A stretch of DNA of 51,022 bases. Origin: an uncultured bacterium. Lineage in GTDB: Bacteria > Hydrogenedentota > Hydrogenedentia > Hydrogenedentales > SLHB01. The position numbers were made by a program, and so were the translations under genes. Below the pieces are notes generated by a model. It searched no databases, was not told the origin of the DNA, and saw only the letters and a program-made list of their open reading frames with translations. The stretch lies in assembly GCA_937928585.1 (NCBI GenBank), contig CALEZK010000361.1, positions 1 to 51,022 on the forward strand, read 5' to 3'. Shown here piece by piece: positions 9,381 to 22,156 of the stretch. Every line of letters starts with the position of its first letter. The stretch's first letter is position 1.

Positions 9381-10598
9381 ATGCAGGCAGTGATCATGGC
9401 GGCGGGGCAGAGCATGCGGACGTATCCGTTGACGCTGACGCGTCCGAAGCCGCTGTTGAAAATTGCGAACAAGCCGATACTCGAACATCAGCTTGATACA
9501 TTGCGCGGGTTGGTGGACGAAGTGGTGCTGATCGTCTGGTATCGCAAGGATATGATCGAGTCCCATTTCGGCGCGGCATACAATGGCCTGGCAATCAAAT
9601 ACGTCTATCAAACGGAGCAGCTCGGCACGGGCCATGCCATTTTGCAATGTAAGGACGTCATTCAGGGACCATTTCTCGCGATGAACGGCGATGACCTCTA
9701 CGATGGCGCGGACCTGAAGCGGCTATTGGAAGTGGAGCAGGGCGCACTCGCCAAACATGTTGACGACCCGCGCCTATATGGCATTTTCGATGTGGATGCG
9801 ACGGGCTGCGCCACGCGGATTGTCGAGAAGCCCGTGGATGTGTTCTCCCACCTTGCGAACGTGGGTGTCTACAAGTTTCAACCGGACATTTTCGACATAC
9901 TGGCCAACACACCGAAATCCGAGCGCGGCGAGATCGAGATAACTTCGGCGGTGCAGACGCTCGCCGAGCGCGGCGCGTTTCGCGTCATTGAAATGGACGG
10001 ATACTGGCTACCTATCGGGTATCCGTGGCACTTGCTGGCGGCGAATGAGTACTGGCTTGAAAATTTTCTTGAGCACCGGGTCGAGGGCGAGGTAAGCCCT
10101 CATGCCCACCTTAATGGGCGGGTGTATATCGCAACAGGCGCGGTGGTGCGCAGTGGCGCGGTGATCGATGGTCCGGTGTACATTGGCCCGGGCGCAACGG
10201 TGGGTCCGAACTGTTTCATCCGCCCATGCACAACGATAGGGAATAAGTGCAAAATTGGGCACGCGGTTGAGATTAAGAATTCCATTTTGTTTGATTATGC
10301 CGCGGTGCCGCACCTGAGTTATGTCGGCGATAGCGTCATAGGCGAACGCTCGAATCTCGGCGCCGGTACAATCACCGCGAATTTCCGCCACGACGGAAAA
10401 AACATTACTGCGATGGTCCGGGGTGCGCGCGTGGATTCGGGGCGCAGAAAATTTGGCGCAATCATTGGGGACGATGTGCACACGGGCATAAACACGGCGA
10501 TTTACCCTGGCCGGATGCTCTGGCCCCATACCGTTACCTTTCCCGGCGAATCCATCCGAAAAGACGTAACGGAGGTTAGGCGGACGCCACAAACCTGA
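9381..10598 (+). CDS. sugar-1-phosphate nucleotidylyltransferase with a C-terminal left-handed beta-helix (archaeal-type GlmU/ST0452-like bifunctional enzyme)
   Basis: The N-terminus reads AVIMAAGQSMRTYPLTLTRPKPLL (G-x-G-x-R..K-P-L motif). The C-terminal about 170 aa carries hexapeptide repeats (VRSGAVIDGPVYIGPGATVGPNCFIRP..). Confidence 0.85.
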   Translation: MQAVIMAAGQSMRTYPLTLTRPKPLLKIANKPILEHQLDTLRGLVDEVVLIVWYRKDMIESHFGAAYNGLAIKYVYQTEQLGTGHAILQCKDVIQGPFLAMNGDDLYDGADLKRLLEVEQGALAKHVDDPRLYGIFDVDATGCATRIVEKPVDVFSHLANVGVYKFQPDIFDILANTPKSERGEIEITSAVQTLAERGAFRVIEMDGYWLPIGYPWHLLAANEYWLENFLEHRVEGEVSPHAHLNGRVYIATGAVVRSGAVIDGPVYIGPGATVGPNCFIRPCTTIGNKCKIGHAVEIKNSILFDYAAVPHLSYVGDSVIGERSNLGAGTITANFRHDGKNITAMVRGARVDSGRRKFGAIIGDDVHTGINTAIYPGRMLWPHTVTFPGESIRKDVTEVRRTPQT

Positions 10599-10706
10599 CT
10601 GCTGGAGCGGGATTGCGAAATTTCGATTAAACTTTCATACTGGTCAGCGCGTCAAACGATGACAGATACACTGTAGAGCGGGAAATCCAATGGGAGTGGT
10701 GCATTC

Positions 10707-11225
10707 ATGAAACATTTAGCAGTGGCGGCAATGGCAGTGGCATTCGCGCTCGGTTCGGCATTCGCCGAGACGGGCGAGGACGATGTCGTGGGAACCTGGT
10801 ATACCGAGAACCAGGGTTCCAAAATTGAAATCGTGAAGGATGGCGATACCTACAGCGGGAAAATCGTCTGGCTGAAGGAACCCAATTACGAGTCCACGCA
10901 CGCGGAGGCCGGCAAGCCCAAACGCGACAGCAACAATCCTGACGTGGCGAAGAAGAATGATCCGATCGTCGGCTTGAAGCTGTTGAATGGGTTCAAATGG
11001 GACGGCGCTGGCGCGTGGAGCGGTGGCACGATCTATAACCCTGAGGACGGCAAGACGTACAAGTGTGTGCTGAAGACACCGGTAAACAAGGACACGCTGG
11101 ATGTGCGCGGTTATGTAGGCGTGCCGGCGTTCGGCAAGACCCAAACGTGGAAGCGTGCGCCGAAAGATGACGCGGAGAAAGCGGAAAGCGCGCCTGCCGT
11201 AAGCGACGAACAAAAGGCCGAATAA
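10707..11225 (+). CDS. DUF2147 domain-containing secreted protein
   Basis: Signal peptide MKHLAVAAMAVAFALGSAFA. The blocks VGTWYTEN..IEIVKDGDTYSGKIVWLKEP..GGTIYNPEDGKTYKCVLK..LDVRGYVG are the DUF2147 pattern. Confidence 0.8.
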   Translation: MKHLAVAAMAVAFALGSAFAETGEDDVVGTWYTENQGSKIEIVKDGDTYSGKIVWLKEPNYESTHAEAGKPKRDSNNPDVAKKNDPIVGLKLLNGFKWDGAGAWSGGTIYNPEDGKTYKCVLKTPVNKDTLDVRGYVGVPAFGKTQTWKRAPKDDAEKAESAPAVSDEQKAE

Positions 11226-11241
11226 GACTCAATTCACGACA

Positions 11242-11273
11242 CATGGGCGCATCACTTTTGTGATGCGCCCATG
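11242..11273. terminator. bidirectional hairpin terminator between convergent genes
   Basis: CATGGGCGCATCAC-TTTT-GTGATGCGCCCATG, a perfect 14-bp stem, lies between the stop at 11225 (+) and the stop at 11282 (-). Confidence 0.75.
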
Positions 11274-11281
11274 TGCTTTGA

Positions 11282-13021
11282 TCACTTCTCGATCACAAAC
11301 TGATCTTTCAGCTCGCCTTGCAGGTCGTGTGAAAGATATTCGAGGCGATTGCCATTGATATGAATCGTCTGGCTGTGTCCCGGCGCGGATACGACGTAGT
11401 AGGTGCCTTCGCTGGCTGATTCCACTTCCTTGCCGTCACGAATGGGTTTCGTTCGATTGTACCGGTGAGTATGGCCGGTAAACATCACGTCCAGGCGATA
11501 TTTGTCGAAGAGTCCGCCCCAGATTTCGCGTTGAAGATCGTAGTCGTTCTGGTATCGGGCGGAACTTGTGTAGACGGGGAAGTGGTAAAACGCGAACTTC
11601 CACTTGGCGTCCGTTGTGGACAATTCTTTCTCCATCCACTTGCCGAGCGTCTCTATGGAAATGCCGATTGGCAACGACAGGAACAATGCGTTTGCGTATC
11701 GCACGGAATACGCGCGTTCGGTTGGAATACCATCAACTTGAATGTCCGGCAGGGCGAACTGTTTCAGGTAGGTTCCAGGGCCCAGGCCATCCTGATCGTC
11801 GTGATTGCCGATTGCGGGAAGCGTGGGGAAACGCGCCAGCGGCTCACCCATGTGGAAGAAAAACTTGTCCCAATCATCTCTGCGCAGGCCAAAGTCCACG
11901 AGATCGCCGGAGATCAACACGAATGACGGCTGAGGGTTCCGGCCATAGGCCGCCGCCAACGCTTTTCCAGCGATGTCTTTGTTGTGGGTGTCGGTCAGGA
12001 ATGCGAACGAGAAGGTATCTGCGTTTTCCGGGGCAGTTGTAAACTCGTGCGTATTGCTCCATACGTCGCGGCCAGGATCGCCCACTTGGTATTCGTACGT
12101 GGTCCCGGGTTTCAGTCCGTCCAGCACGGCGGTAAAACGGTGTGACGTGCGATCATTTGCCAACATTCGATCGTCAATCTTCTCCATCGAAGCATTCACG
12201 ACGCGGCGCGCTTCCGAACCTTTTTCGTTGAATCGCGCAGCGCCTGTTGTTACCGACAAATTGGTGCGCCATAACACCGCCTGCGTTGTCTTCGGGTCAC
12301 CGTTCCAGGTCAAGGTAATCTGATCCGGTTTGTCCGTCGCCGGATAGGGTGTTTCGCGGAAACCGCCCCCGGTGAGGTGTGTCTCGCGGGCGCGACCGCG
12401 GAAGGTGGTGAGCAAATGGTGCCCGCGCAGGGCCTCCGGCACTTCCGTGAGCACGAGTTCCGTCCAATCGATATACGTCATCGAGCCCGGTTCCATCTTC
12501 AGCACTGGCGGATGCGCGGGTGACAGGTTCTTAATCTCGACGGTATCTCCGGGATTCTTGGGACCGACTGCAGCGAAGTAAGAGAAGCGATGACCATCGA
12601 ACCCGTTCATTCCGAGACCGACGGGGCCCGCTTCAAACTCCTTTTGCCACACTGCATAGTTGTTTTGCTCGTTCTTCACGACGAGATCGGTCTTCTTGAA
12701 CCCTTTTTCTTCCAGCCAGAAGGGAACATGGGCCTGGTCCATATGGCGCATAACGGACACAACGACAGGCACGTTTACGTCGAAGGTCCAGTACGCAGTT
12801 GCCAGCGCATCGCGATCTTCGGGTGTAATGTACGGTTCGAGCTTCTTTTCGTCGAGCGCCTGCAGTTCTGCCAGGTCCATCTTCTCGTACAGGCGCGTGA
12901 CGATGGCGTCCATCGCGGCGTCGAGCCGCTGGTCCGCATTGGCTGCTATAGCCAGAACAACAAGAACAATCGCTACACGCATTGGGAATCGATTTGCGGT
13001 CATGGGGAAACTCCGTGACAT
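11282..13021 (-). CDS. secreted metallophosphoesterase (purple-acid-phosphatase-like, with a long N-terminal extension)
   Basis: It has a signal/TM segment (RVAIVLVVLAIAANA). Phosphoesterase motifs are LTDTH, SGDLVD, GNHDD and TGHTHRY. Confidence 0.8.
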   Translation of the reverse strand: MSRSFPMTANRFPMRVAIVLVVLAIAANADQRLDAAMDAIVTRLYEKMDLAELQALDEKKLEPYITPEDRDALATAYWTFDVNVPVVVSVMRHMDQAHVPFWLEEKGFKKTDLVVKNEQNNYAVWQKEFEAGPVGLGMNGFDGHRFSYFAAVGPKNPGDTVEIKNLSPAHPPVLKMEPGSMTYIDWTELVLTEVPEALRGHHLLTTFRGRARETHLTGGGFRETPYPATDKPDQITLTWNGDPKTTQAVLWRTNLSVTTGAARFNEKGSEARRVVNASMEKIDDRMLANDRTSHRFTAVLDGLKPGTTYEYQVGDPGRDVWSNTHEFTTAPENADTFSFAFLTDTHNKDIAGKALAAAYGRNPQPSFVLISGDLVDFGLRRDDWDKFFFHMGEPLARFPTLPAIGNHDDQDGLGPGTYLKQFALPDIQVDGIPTERAYSVRYANALFLSLPIGISIETLGKWMEKELSTTDAKWKFAFYHFPVYTSSARYQNDYDLQREIWGGLFDKYRLDVMFTGHTHRYNRTKPIRDGKEVESASEGTYYVVSAPGHSQTIHINGNRLEYLSHDLQGELKDQFVIEK

Positions 13022-13263
13022 GATGTTTCTTTACGCTGCAAGCCAAGCGAGATACTATCACGTCGAACGCTGGTTCGGCTGCGAGAACGCTGTGTGGATA
13101 TGTTTGCTCGCAGGATACTCGCCCTGCGAAGGCCCATTCGAATCGCCAAATTTAATTCGCACTCTCTAGGTTCGTAAGCTCGAATGGGCTCGACGTATTC
13201 GATTGTTTGATCGAATGCGATTACGATTATGGCCGGGTGCATCAATTGATATGCGGGGGGACT

Positions 13264-13629
13264 GTGGTGGCGGCGAGGAAGAAAAAACCTGTGAAGCGGC
13301 GTGAACCCGCCAAGCTTGAGGGCGTGGGCGACATCCTGGCCTCGCTTACAAAGAAGACGCCTCTGGGCAAGCGCCTCAAGGAGGCGCAGATTTGGCAACA
13401 GTGGCCCAGCCTGGCAGGCCCGCGGCTCTGCACGCACGGTCATCCGGTCACTGTGAAAGATCGCACGCTCCACATCGAGGCCTACAGCCCCGTATGGGTC
13501 AACAAGTTCGCCTATCACAAGTGGGACATCATCGGCCGGGTCAACCGCATGGCGGGGCAAGAGCTGATATCGGAGATTTACGTGACGTTGGAACAAGACA
13601 AAGTCGAGAGCGAGGAGGGAAAGAAGTAG
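13264..13629 (+). CDS. DUF721 (DciA-family) protein
   Basis: ORF 13207-13629 starts at TTG. I prefer GTG at 13264 or 13267, which follows GGGGGG. The blocks ILASLTKKTPLGKRLKEAQIWQQWPSLAGPRL..HPVTVKDRTLHIEAYSPVWVNKFAYHKWDII..EIYV follow the DUF721 pattern, and the gene sits directly upstream of gyrB as is usual. Confidence 0.7.
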   Translation: MVAARKKKPVKRREPAKLEGVGDILASLTKKTPLGKRLKEAQIWQQWPSLAGPRLCTHGHPVTVKDRTLHIEAYSPVWVNKFAYHKWDIIGRVNRMAGQELISEIYVTLEQDKVESEEGKK

Positions 13630-13740
13630 GAAATTGAATGGCCCGATCGGGCGAATTCGGCTGCGTAGGTCAGCCTGATCCGACGTTTTTCCGGCACATG
13701 GAAAACCGTTTTTTTTCCTTCAAAACCCCTGAAAAAATAA

Positions 13741-16293
<2,553 letters not shown>

Positions 16294-16352
16294 TAGTGCG
16301 GTATCGCCATTAATTAATTTGATTAATCAAAGGCAATCAACCGGTTTGCTTC

Positions 16353-16808
16353 ATGATAATCAGAATCGACGATCTGAATGGGTCTGAGATAGCCGCGTTT
16401 CTCAATGAGCATCTCATGGAAATGAAATCTATATCGCCTCCCGAGAGCGTGCATGCGCTTGACCTGGAGGCATTGCGTCGGCCGGAGATAACGTTCTGGA
16501 CGGTGTGGGACGAGAACACGCTGGTTGGGTCCGGAGCGCTAAAAGAGCTAAACGTTGAACATGGCGAGATCAAGTCAATGCGGACGGCCGCGGCATTTAA
16601 GAAAAAAGGCGTCGCGTCCATGCTCTTGACGCATATTCTCGCCGAGGCTCGGAATCGCGGGTATCGCAGGCTTAGTCTTGAAACGGGGTCAATGCCGTTT
16701 TTCGAACCGGCTAGAATGCTCTACTCAAAATTTGGTTTTTCGATATGCGCGCCGTTCTCGAATTATCGCGAAGACGCGAACAGTATATTCATGACTATTG
16801 AGCTTTGA
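16353..16808 (+). CDS. GNAT family N-acetyltransferase
   Basis: 151 aa. The segment GEIKSMRTAAAFKKKGVASMLLTHILAEARNRGYRRLSLETG is the acetyl-CoA binding core. Confidence 0.85.
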   Translation: MIIRIDDLNGSEIAAFLNEHLMEMKSISPPESVHALDLEALRRPEITFWTVWDENTLVGSGALKELNVEHGEIKSMRTAAAFKKKGVASMLLTHILAEARNRGYRRLSLETGSMPFFEPARMLYSKFGFSICAPFSNYREDANSIFMTIEL

Positions 16809-16869
16809 GACCGCACATATTATTTGCGCGATCGATTTTGCGATTTGTAGAGACAAAGGATGCTGGTGA

Positions 16870-19380
16870 ATGCTAGAGAAAACTAACGAGAAAATACTGC
16901 CGATCGCGATTGAGCAGGAAATGAAGACCTCGTTCATGGACTATTCCATGAGCGTTATCGTGAGCCGCGCGTTGCCGGACGTGCGCGATGGTCTGAAACC
17001 CGTGCACCGGCGCATTCTGTATGCAATGCACGAGTTGGGCCTGGTGCATAACCGGGCGTACCGCAAATCGGCGTCGATCGTCGGTGAAACGATGGGTAAC
17101 TACCACCCCCACGGCGATCAGGCCATTTACGACACGCTTGTTCGCATGGCGCAGCCTTGGTCGATGCGGTATCCGCTGATTGACGGTCAGGGTAACTTCG
17201 GATCCGTGGACGGCGACAGCCCAGCGGCGATGCGATATACCGAATCGCGCATGGCCGGTATCACGGCGCAGATGCTCGCGGATATCGAGAAACAGACCGT
17301 CGACGTGACGGACAACTACGACTCGCGCCTCAAAGAACCCACGGTGCTGCCGTCAGCGATTCCGAATCTCTTGGTAAACGGCTCGTATGGTATCGCGGTC
17401 GGCATGGCCACGAGCTGCCCGCCGCACAACATCACTGAAGTTTGCGATGCGGTGATTCACTACATCGACAATCCCGAGTGCAACACGAACGATCTCATGC
17501 GATTCGTGGAAGGGCCGGACTTCCCAACGGGCGGCATCATCTACGGGCGCGAGGGCCTGCCCGAGGCGTATCACACCGGCCGCGGCAAGATTACCGTGCG
17601 CGCGAAGGTGGTGTTTGAGCACGACAAGGCTTCCGGCAAGGACCGCATCATCGTTACGGAAATCCCGTATCAGGTGAACAAATCCCGTCTGATCGAAACC
17701 ATCGCCGGGCTCGTGCGCGAGAAAACGGTTGAAGGCATCACCGACCTGCGCGATGAATCCGACCGCGACGGCATGCGCATTCTTATCGAGGTGCGGAAGG
17801 GCGACGAACCGCAGGTCATTCTCAATCAGCTCTACAAGCACACCCAGATGCAGGAGACGTTCAGCATTCTTATGCTGGCGCTGGTAAACAACCAGCCGCG
17901 CGTCCTGTCGCTGTATGAAGTCATTCATTACTACGTAAAGCACCGCGCGGAGATTGTGAAGCGGCGCACCGAGTTCGATCTGCGCAAAACCGAAGAACGC
18001 GCCCACATCGTCGAAGGCTTGCTGAAGGCGATCGACCATATCGATGAAGTCATCAAAATTATCCGCGCGTCGGAGACACCGGAATCCGCGCGCGACGCGT
18101 TGATTGCGCGATTCGACTTCACGCACATCCAGGCGAACGAAATCCTGGCGATGCGCCTGCGCCGATTGACGGGCCTCGAACGCGAAGAGCTTGAGAAGGA
18201 ATATGCGGAACTGCTGAAGTTGATCGAGATGTATAAGCGCATCCTCTCGAGCGAGCGCACGATTCTCGCCGAAGTTCGCAAGGAACTGCTGGCGGTGAAA
18301 GAAAAGTACGGCGATGCGCGCCGGACGCAGATCCTCGGTGAACGCACCGAATTCAGCGTCGAAGACCTGATCGCTGATGAAGAGATGGTCGTGACGGTAT
18401 CCAACATGGGGTACATCAAGCGCGTTCCGGTGGCGGCTTACCGCAAACAAAAGCGCGGCGGCAAAGGCATCACCGGCATGGACACGAAGGAAGAAGATTT
18501 TGTTTCTGACCTTTTCGTGGCGTCCGCGCACCAATACATGCTGTTCTTCACCAACAAGGGCCGCGTCTACTGGCGCAAAGTCCACGAACTCCCGAAGGCA
18601 AGCCGCACTGCGCGCGGTCGCGCGATTGTAAATGTGCTTGACCTGTCCGGCGACGAGATTGTGACCGCGTGCCTTCCCGTGCGTAACCTCGAGGAAGAGA
18701 ACAAATACATCTTCATGGTCACCGCGATGGGCACCGTCAAAAAGACGGAACTAAAAGCGTTTAGCAACCCGCGCGCGACCGGCATTATCGCGATCAACCT
18801 CGAGAAGAGCGATACGCTTATCGATGTACAGATCACCTCGGGCGAAGACAACATCCTCATCGCCACATACCTCGGCATGTCAATCCGCTTCCCCGAGAAA
18901 GACGTGCGGCCCATGGGTCGCACCGCGGGCGGCGTGATTGGCATCCGTCTGGAAGAAGGCGACCGCGTCATCGGCGTATCCACTGCCGGCGACGACAAGA
19001 CGGTCCTCAGCGTTGTCGAGAACGGTTATGGTAAGCGCACGCAAGTGGGCGAGTATCGCCTGCAGCACCGCGGCGGTTCCGGCATCATCAACATCAAGAC
19101 GACGGAGCGCAATGGAAACGTCGTCGCGATGATGACTGTGGATGACAGCGATGACATCGTCGTGGTCAGCACTGACGGCATCGTGATGCGTTGTTCGGTG
19201 AAGGATATCCGCACCATCGGCCGCAACACGCAAGGCGTGAAGGTAATGACACCCGGAACGGGCGCGAAGGTAAGCGCCGTTGCGCGCGCCATCCCGGAAG
19301 AGAAGGCCGACGAAGCCGCCGAGGCGGCCGCACCCGAAGGCGCGGTGACAACGGACGACGCCGGGGACGAAGAAGAATAG
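16870..19380 (+). CDS. gyrA: DNA gyrase subunit A
   Basis: Motifs are [27 protein letters not shown] and AMRYTE (active-site Tyr), with C-terminal beta-pinwheel repeats and an acidic tail. Confidence 0.97.
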   Translation: MLEKTNEKILPIAIEQEMKTSFMDYSMSVIVSRALPDVRDGLKPVHRRILYAMHELGLVHNRAYRKSASIVGETMGNYHPHGDQAIYDTLVRMAQPWSMRYPLIDGQGNFGSVDGDSPAAMRYTESRMAGITAQMLADIEKQTVDVTDNYDSRLKEPTVLPSAIPNLLVNGSYGIAVGMATSCPPHNITEVCDAVIHYIDNPECNTNDLMRFVEGPDFPTGGIIYGREGLPEAYHTGRGKITVRAKVVFEHDKASGKDRIIVTEIPYQVNKSRLIETIAGLVREKTVEGITDLRDESDRDGMRILIEVRKGDEPQVILNQLYKHTQMQETFSILMLALVNNQPRVLSLYEVIHYYVKHRAEIVKRRTEFDLRKTEERAHIVEGLLKAIDHIDEVIKIIRASETPESARDALIARFDFTHIQANEILAMRLRRLTGLEREELEKEYAELLKLIEMYKRILSSERTILAEVRKELLAVKEKYGDARRTQILGERTEFSVEDLIADEEMVVTVSNMGYIKRVPVAAYRKQKRGGKGITGMDTKEEDFVSDLFVASAHQYMLFFTNKGRVYWRKVHELPKASRTARGRAIVNVLDLSGDEIVTACLPVRNLEEENKYIFMVTAMGTVKKTELKAFSNPRATGIIAINLEKSDTLIDVQITSGEDNILIATYLGMSIRFPEKDVRPMGRTAGGVIGIRLEEGDRVIGVSTAGDDKTVLSVVENGYGKRTQVGEYRLQHRGGSGIINIKTTERNGNVVAMMTVDDSDDIVVVSTDGIVMRCSVKDIRTIGRNTQGVKVMTPGTGAKVSAVARAIPEEKADEAAEAAAPEGAVTTDDAGDEEE

Positions 19381-19442
19381 GTATCGCCCGTTGACGATTA
19401 CGAATGGCAGGCAGGAAGTAACTTGGACAAGGTTGAGTTGGA

Positions 19443-20837
19443 ATGACTGTGCAATACCGAATTGAACGCGACACCATGGGCGAGATGCAGGTCCCTTCGG
19501 ACCGTTATTACGGCTGTCAGACTGCGCGGTCGCTCGTGCACTTCGCGATCGGTACCGAGAAAATGCCACGTGAGCTGATTCGCGCGCTGGGCATTCTGAA
19601 AAAGGCCGCCGCGCTCACGAATCTCGACTTGGGCCTACTCAAGCCCGAGCTGTGCACAATCATCTGCGCGGCAGCGGACGAAGTCATCGACGGGAAACTC
19701 GACGAACACTTTCCGCTGTCCGTATGGCAGACGGGCAGTGGCACGCAGACGAACATGAACGCGAACGAAGTGATCTCGAACCGCGCCATCGAAATGGCCG
19801 GCGGCGAGATGGGCAGCAAGAAGCCCGTGCATCCCAATGACCACGTGAACATGTCGCAATCGTCGAACGATACCTTTCCCACGGGCATGAGCATCGCCGC
19901 TTGCGAACAGATTCACCACCTGCTGTTGCCAGCGCTGCGCACGCTGCGCGACACGCTGGCGAAGAAAGCGAAATCGTTCGATGGCATCATCAAGATTGGC
20001 CGCACGCACCTTATGGACGCGACACCGCTCACCCTGGGGCAGGAATTCTCGGGCTACGTGCAGCAGCTTACCAACGGCATTGAACGCGTCGAATCCACGA
20101 TGCCGCGCCTGTATGAACTCGCGCTCGGCGGCACCGCTGTCGGCACGGGCCTGAACACGAAGAAGGGGTATGACGTGAAGGTCGCCGCGAAGATCGCGGA
20201 ACTCACGGGCCTGCCGTTCGTCACCGCGCCGAACAAGTTTGAATCACTCGCCGCGCACGACGCCCTGGTTATGACGCACGGGGCATTGAAGACCGTCGCG
20301 TGCAGCCTCATGAAAATCGCGAACGACGTGCGCTGGCTCGCCAGCGGTCCGCGCTGCGGCCTCGGCGAGATTACCATCCCTGAAAATGAACCGGGATCCT
20401 CGATCATGCCGGGGAAAGTAAACCCGACACAGAGCGAGGCGATCACCATGATCGCCGCACAGGTGATTGGTAACGACGTTGCGGTAAACGTCGGCGGAGC
20501 ATCCGGCAATTTCGAGCTGAACGTGTTCAAGCCGGTGATCATCTACAACGTCCTGCAATCCATCCGCCTTATCGCGGATGGCGCGCACTCTTTCAACGAA
20601 CATTGCGCCGAAGGCATCGAGCCGGATAAAGCGCGCGTGGACGAACTACTTCATAAATCGCTGATGCTCGTCACCGCGCTGAACAGCAAGATCGGCTACG
20701 ATAACGCCGCCAAAATCGCCAAAACAGCGCACAAGAACGGCACCACGCTCAAGGAAGAAGCAATTAACCTCGGCCTGCTCACCGCAGCCGAGTTCGATGC
20801 AACGGTCGACCCGTCGAAGATGATAGGGCCGTCGTAA
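19443..20837 (+). CDS. fumC: class II fumarate hydratase
   Basis: 464 aa, with the [16 protein letters not shown] signature and the SSNDTFPT block. Confidence 0.97.
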   Translation: MTVQYRIERDTMGEMQVPSDRYYGCQTARSLVHFAIGTEKMPRELIRALGILKKAAALTNLDLGLLKPELCTIICAAADEVIDGKLDEHFPLSVWQTGSGTQTNMNANEVISNRAIEMAGGEMGSKKPVHPNDHVNMSQSSNDTFPTGMSIAACEQIHHLLLPALRTLRDTLAKKAKSFDGIIKIGRTHLMDATPLTLGQEFSGYVQQLTNGIERVESTMPRLYELALGGTAVGTGLNTKKGYDVKVAAKIAELTGLPFVTAPNKFESLAAHDALVMTHGALKTVACSLMKIANDVRWLASGPRCGLGEITIPENEPGSSIMPGKVNPTQSEAITMIAAQVIGNDVAVNVGGASGNFELNVFKPVIIYNVLQSIRLIADGAHSFNEHCAEGIEPDKARVDELLHKSLMLVTALNSKIGYDNAAKIAKTAHKNGTTLKEEAINLGLLTAAEFDATVDPSKMIGPS

Positions 20838-20945
20838 GACCTCCGACAGGAAGCCTAAATACGTTGGACAGAAGCCGACATCGCCGAAAACTTAGCCCGC
20901 CAAAATCGGGTTATCGGTTATGTCGAGAACGCGTGATCAAGTCCG

Positions 20946-21392
20946 ATGAGCACGAATCAGCAACAGTATAAGCCTGCCGATTATGCCGGCTGCTTTGGCT
21001 GCGCGATTACCGTAGTCTTCCTGCTGAGTTCGATTGGAACTATGTCCGCCTTCCTCCACCGCATGTTTGAGTATAACCCAACCGTTAGTCCTGAGTTTGA
21101 AGCTGCGCTCAGTCTGATCTTCTTGGTTATCGGGCTCGGCATATGCATTGCCTCTTGTGTCCCCTTCTTGGTGCCCTCAGACAAGCTAAGATCTGAAAAG
21201 TATAAGAATGCAATAAGCGATACCTTTGAGTTCGCAATACTCGCGCAGTTTATTCCTCCGGTTATCTCCGTAATAAATGGGCTAACTACAGGTGACCCCA
21301 TGACTTCGATCATTCTCGGTTTGGTATCAATCTTTGCCCTAGTTTTTCAGTCGTCGCGTTTGGATTCGTTGCGCAGCATCAAACCAGAGTAG
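20946..21392 (+). CDS. small 4-TM membrane protein, paralog 1 of 3 (no family recognised)
   Basis: 148 aa with four hydrophobic segments. It shares MFEY-x-P-x-(V/I)SPEFE and (F/L)IP..(I/L)S(V/F)(I/V)NG(L/I)(T/L)T blocks with ORF 21621-22079. G+C looks lower than the flanks. Confidence 0.6.
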   Translation: MSTNQQQYKPADYAGCFGCAITVVFLLSSIGTMSAFLHRMFEYNPTVSPEFEAALSLIFLVIGLGICIASCVPFLVPSDKLRSEKYKNAISDTFEFAILAQFIPPVISVINGLTTGDPMTSIILGLVSIFALVFQSSRLDSLRSIKPE

Positions 21393-21439
21393 ATAAGATA
21401 ACAGCCAGAACGTACATTTATCGGGTCCACGCGCGAACG

Positions 21440-21562
21440 ATCGCAAGGACAGTGCACGATAATGGCGCCACGCTCAAGAAAGAAGCAATTAACCTAGGCC
21501 TGCTCACCGCAGCCGAGTTTGATGCAACGGTTGACCCGTCGAAGATGATTGGGCCATCGTAG
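21440..21562 (+). repeat. relic duplicate of the fumC 3' end (non-functional gene fragment)
   Basis: 21454-21562 aligns base for base, without gaps, with 20729-20837 (the last 36 codons plus the stop of fumC). Similarity fades upstream to about 21430. Confidence 0.9.
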
Positions 21563-21620
21563 AAAATGCGGAGCTTGGCTTAGAGTAGAAGTTTCTCCAA
21601 AAAACGGGCAGAGAATTTCG

Positions 21621-22079
21621 ATGGACACGATCCAGTCTCCAGCCGAACCAGCGGATAGTGGGCCGATTTTGGGTTGTACCTTGTCAGTGCTAATACTGTT
21701 GCTGGTCGTAACGTTTACGATTCTCGGAACTTTCTCCGCGTTATTGAACGGAATGTTCGAATACCACCCCTTCATCAGTCCGGAGTTCGAAACCAATCTC
21801 GCCTTCGTTATCCTAGTCACAGGAGCAGGCGTCAGTATTTTGACCTGTACACTATTTTGGATGCACAACCGTAGAACGGTTTCCATTTACAATCGGCGGG
21901 CAACTAACGATGCGGTAGCTTTTGCCCTGTTTGGGCAGCTAATCCCCACGTTCCTATCTTTCGTAAATGGAATTCTTACTGTCGAATTCTTGAATTCTTG
22001 GCTGCTCGGCACTATTTCCCTCACGGGCATTCTTCTTGTGCTTTATATCAGTTCGGATCGCCCGCAATCAAAACAATGA
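21621..22079 (+). CDS. small 4-TM membrane protein, paralog 2 of 3
   Basis: ORF 21549-22079 starts at a TTG inside the fumC relic. I prefer ATG 21621 (MDTIQSPAEP). LNGMFEYHPFISPEFETNLAFVILVTGAGVSILTC parallels paralog 1. Confidence 0.6.
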   Translation: MDTIQSPAEPADSGPILGCTLSVLILLLVVTFTILGTFSALLNGMFEYHPFISPEFETNLAFVILVTGAGVSILTCTLFWMHNRRTVSIYNRRATNDAVAFALFGQLIPTFLSFVNGILTVEFLNSWLLGTISLTGILLVLYISSDRPQSKQ

Positions 22080-22156
22080 GCGTCTACAAGCCACTGGACG
22101 ACATTTAACGGAAGCAGCTCTACGGCTTAAGACAACAACGAATCCACGGAGACAGT

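Noticed and set aside
21494-21886. ORF 21494-21886(-), 130 aa.
   Set aside because: It is antisense to membrane-protein paralog 2 and to the fumC relic. The + strand ORF has a paralog supporting it, and this one has none.
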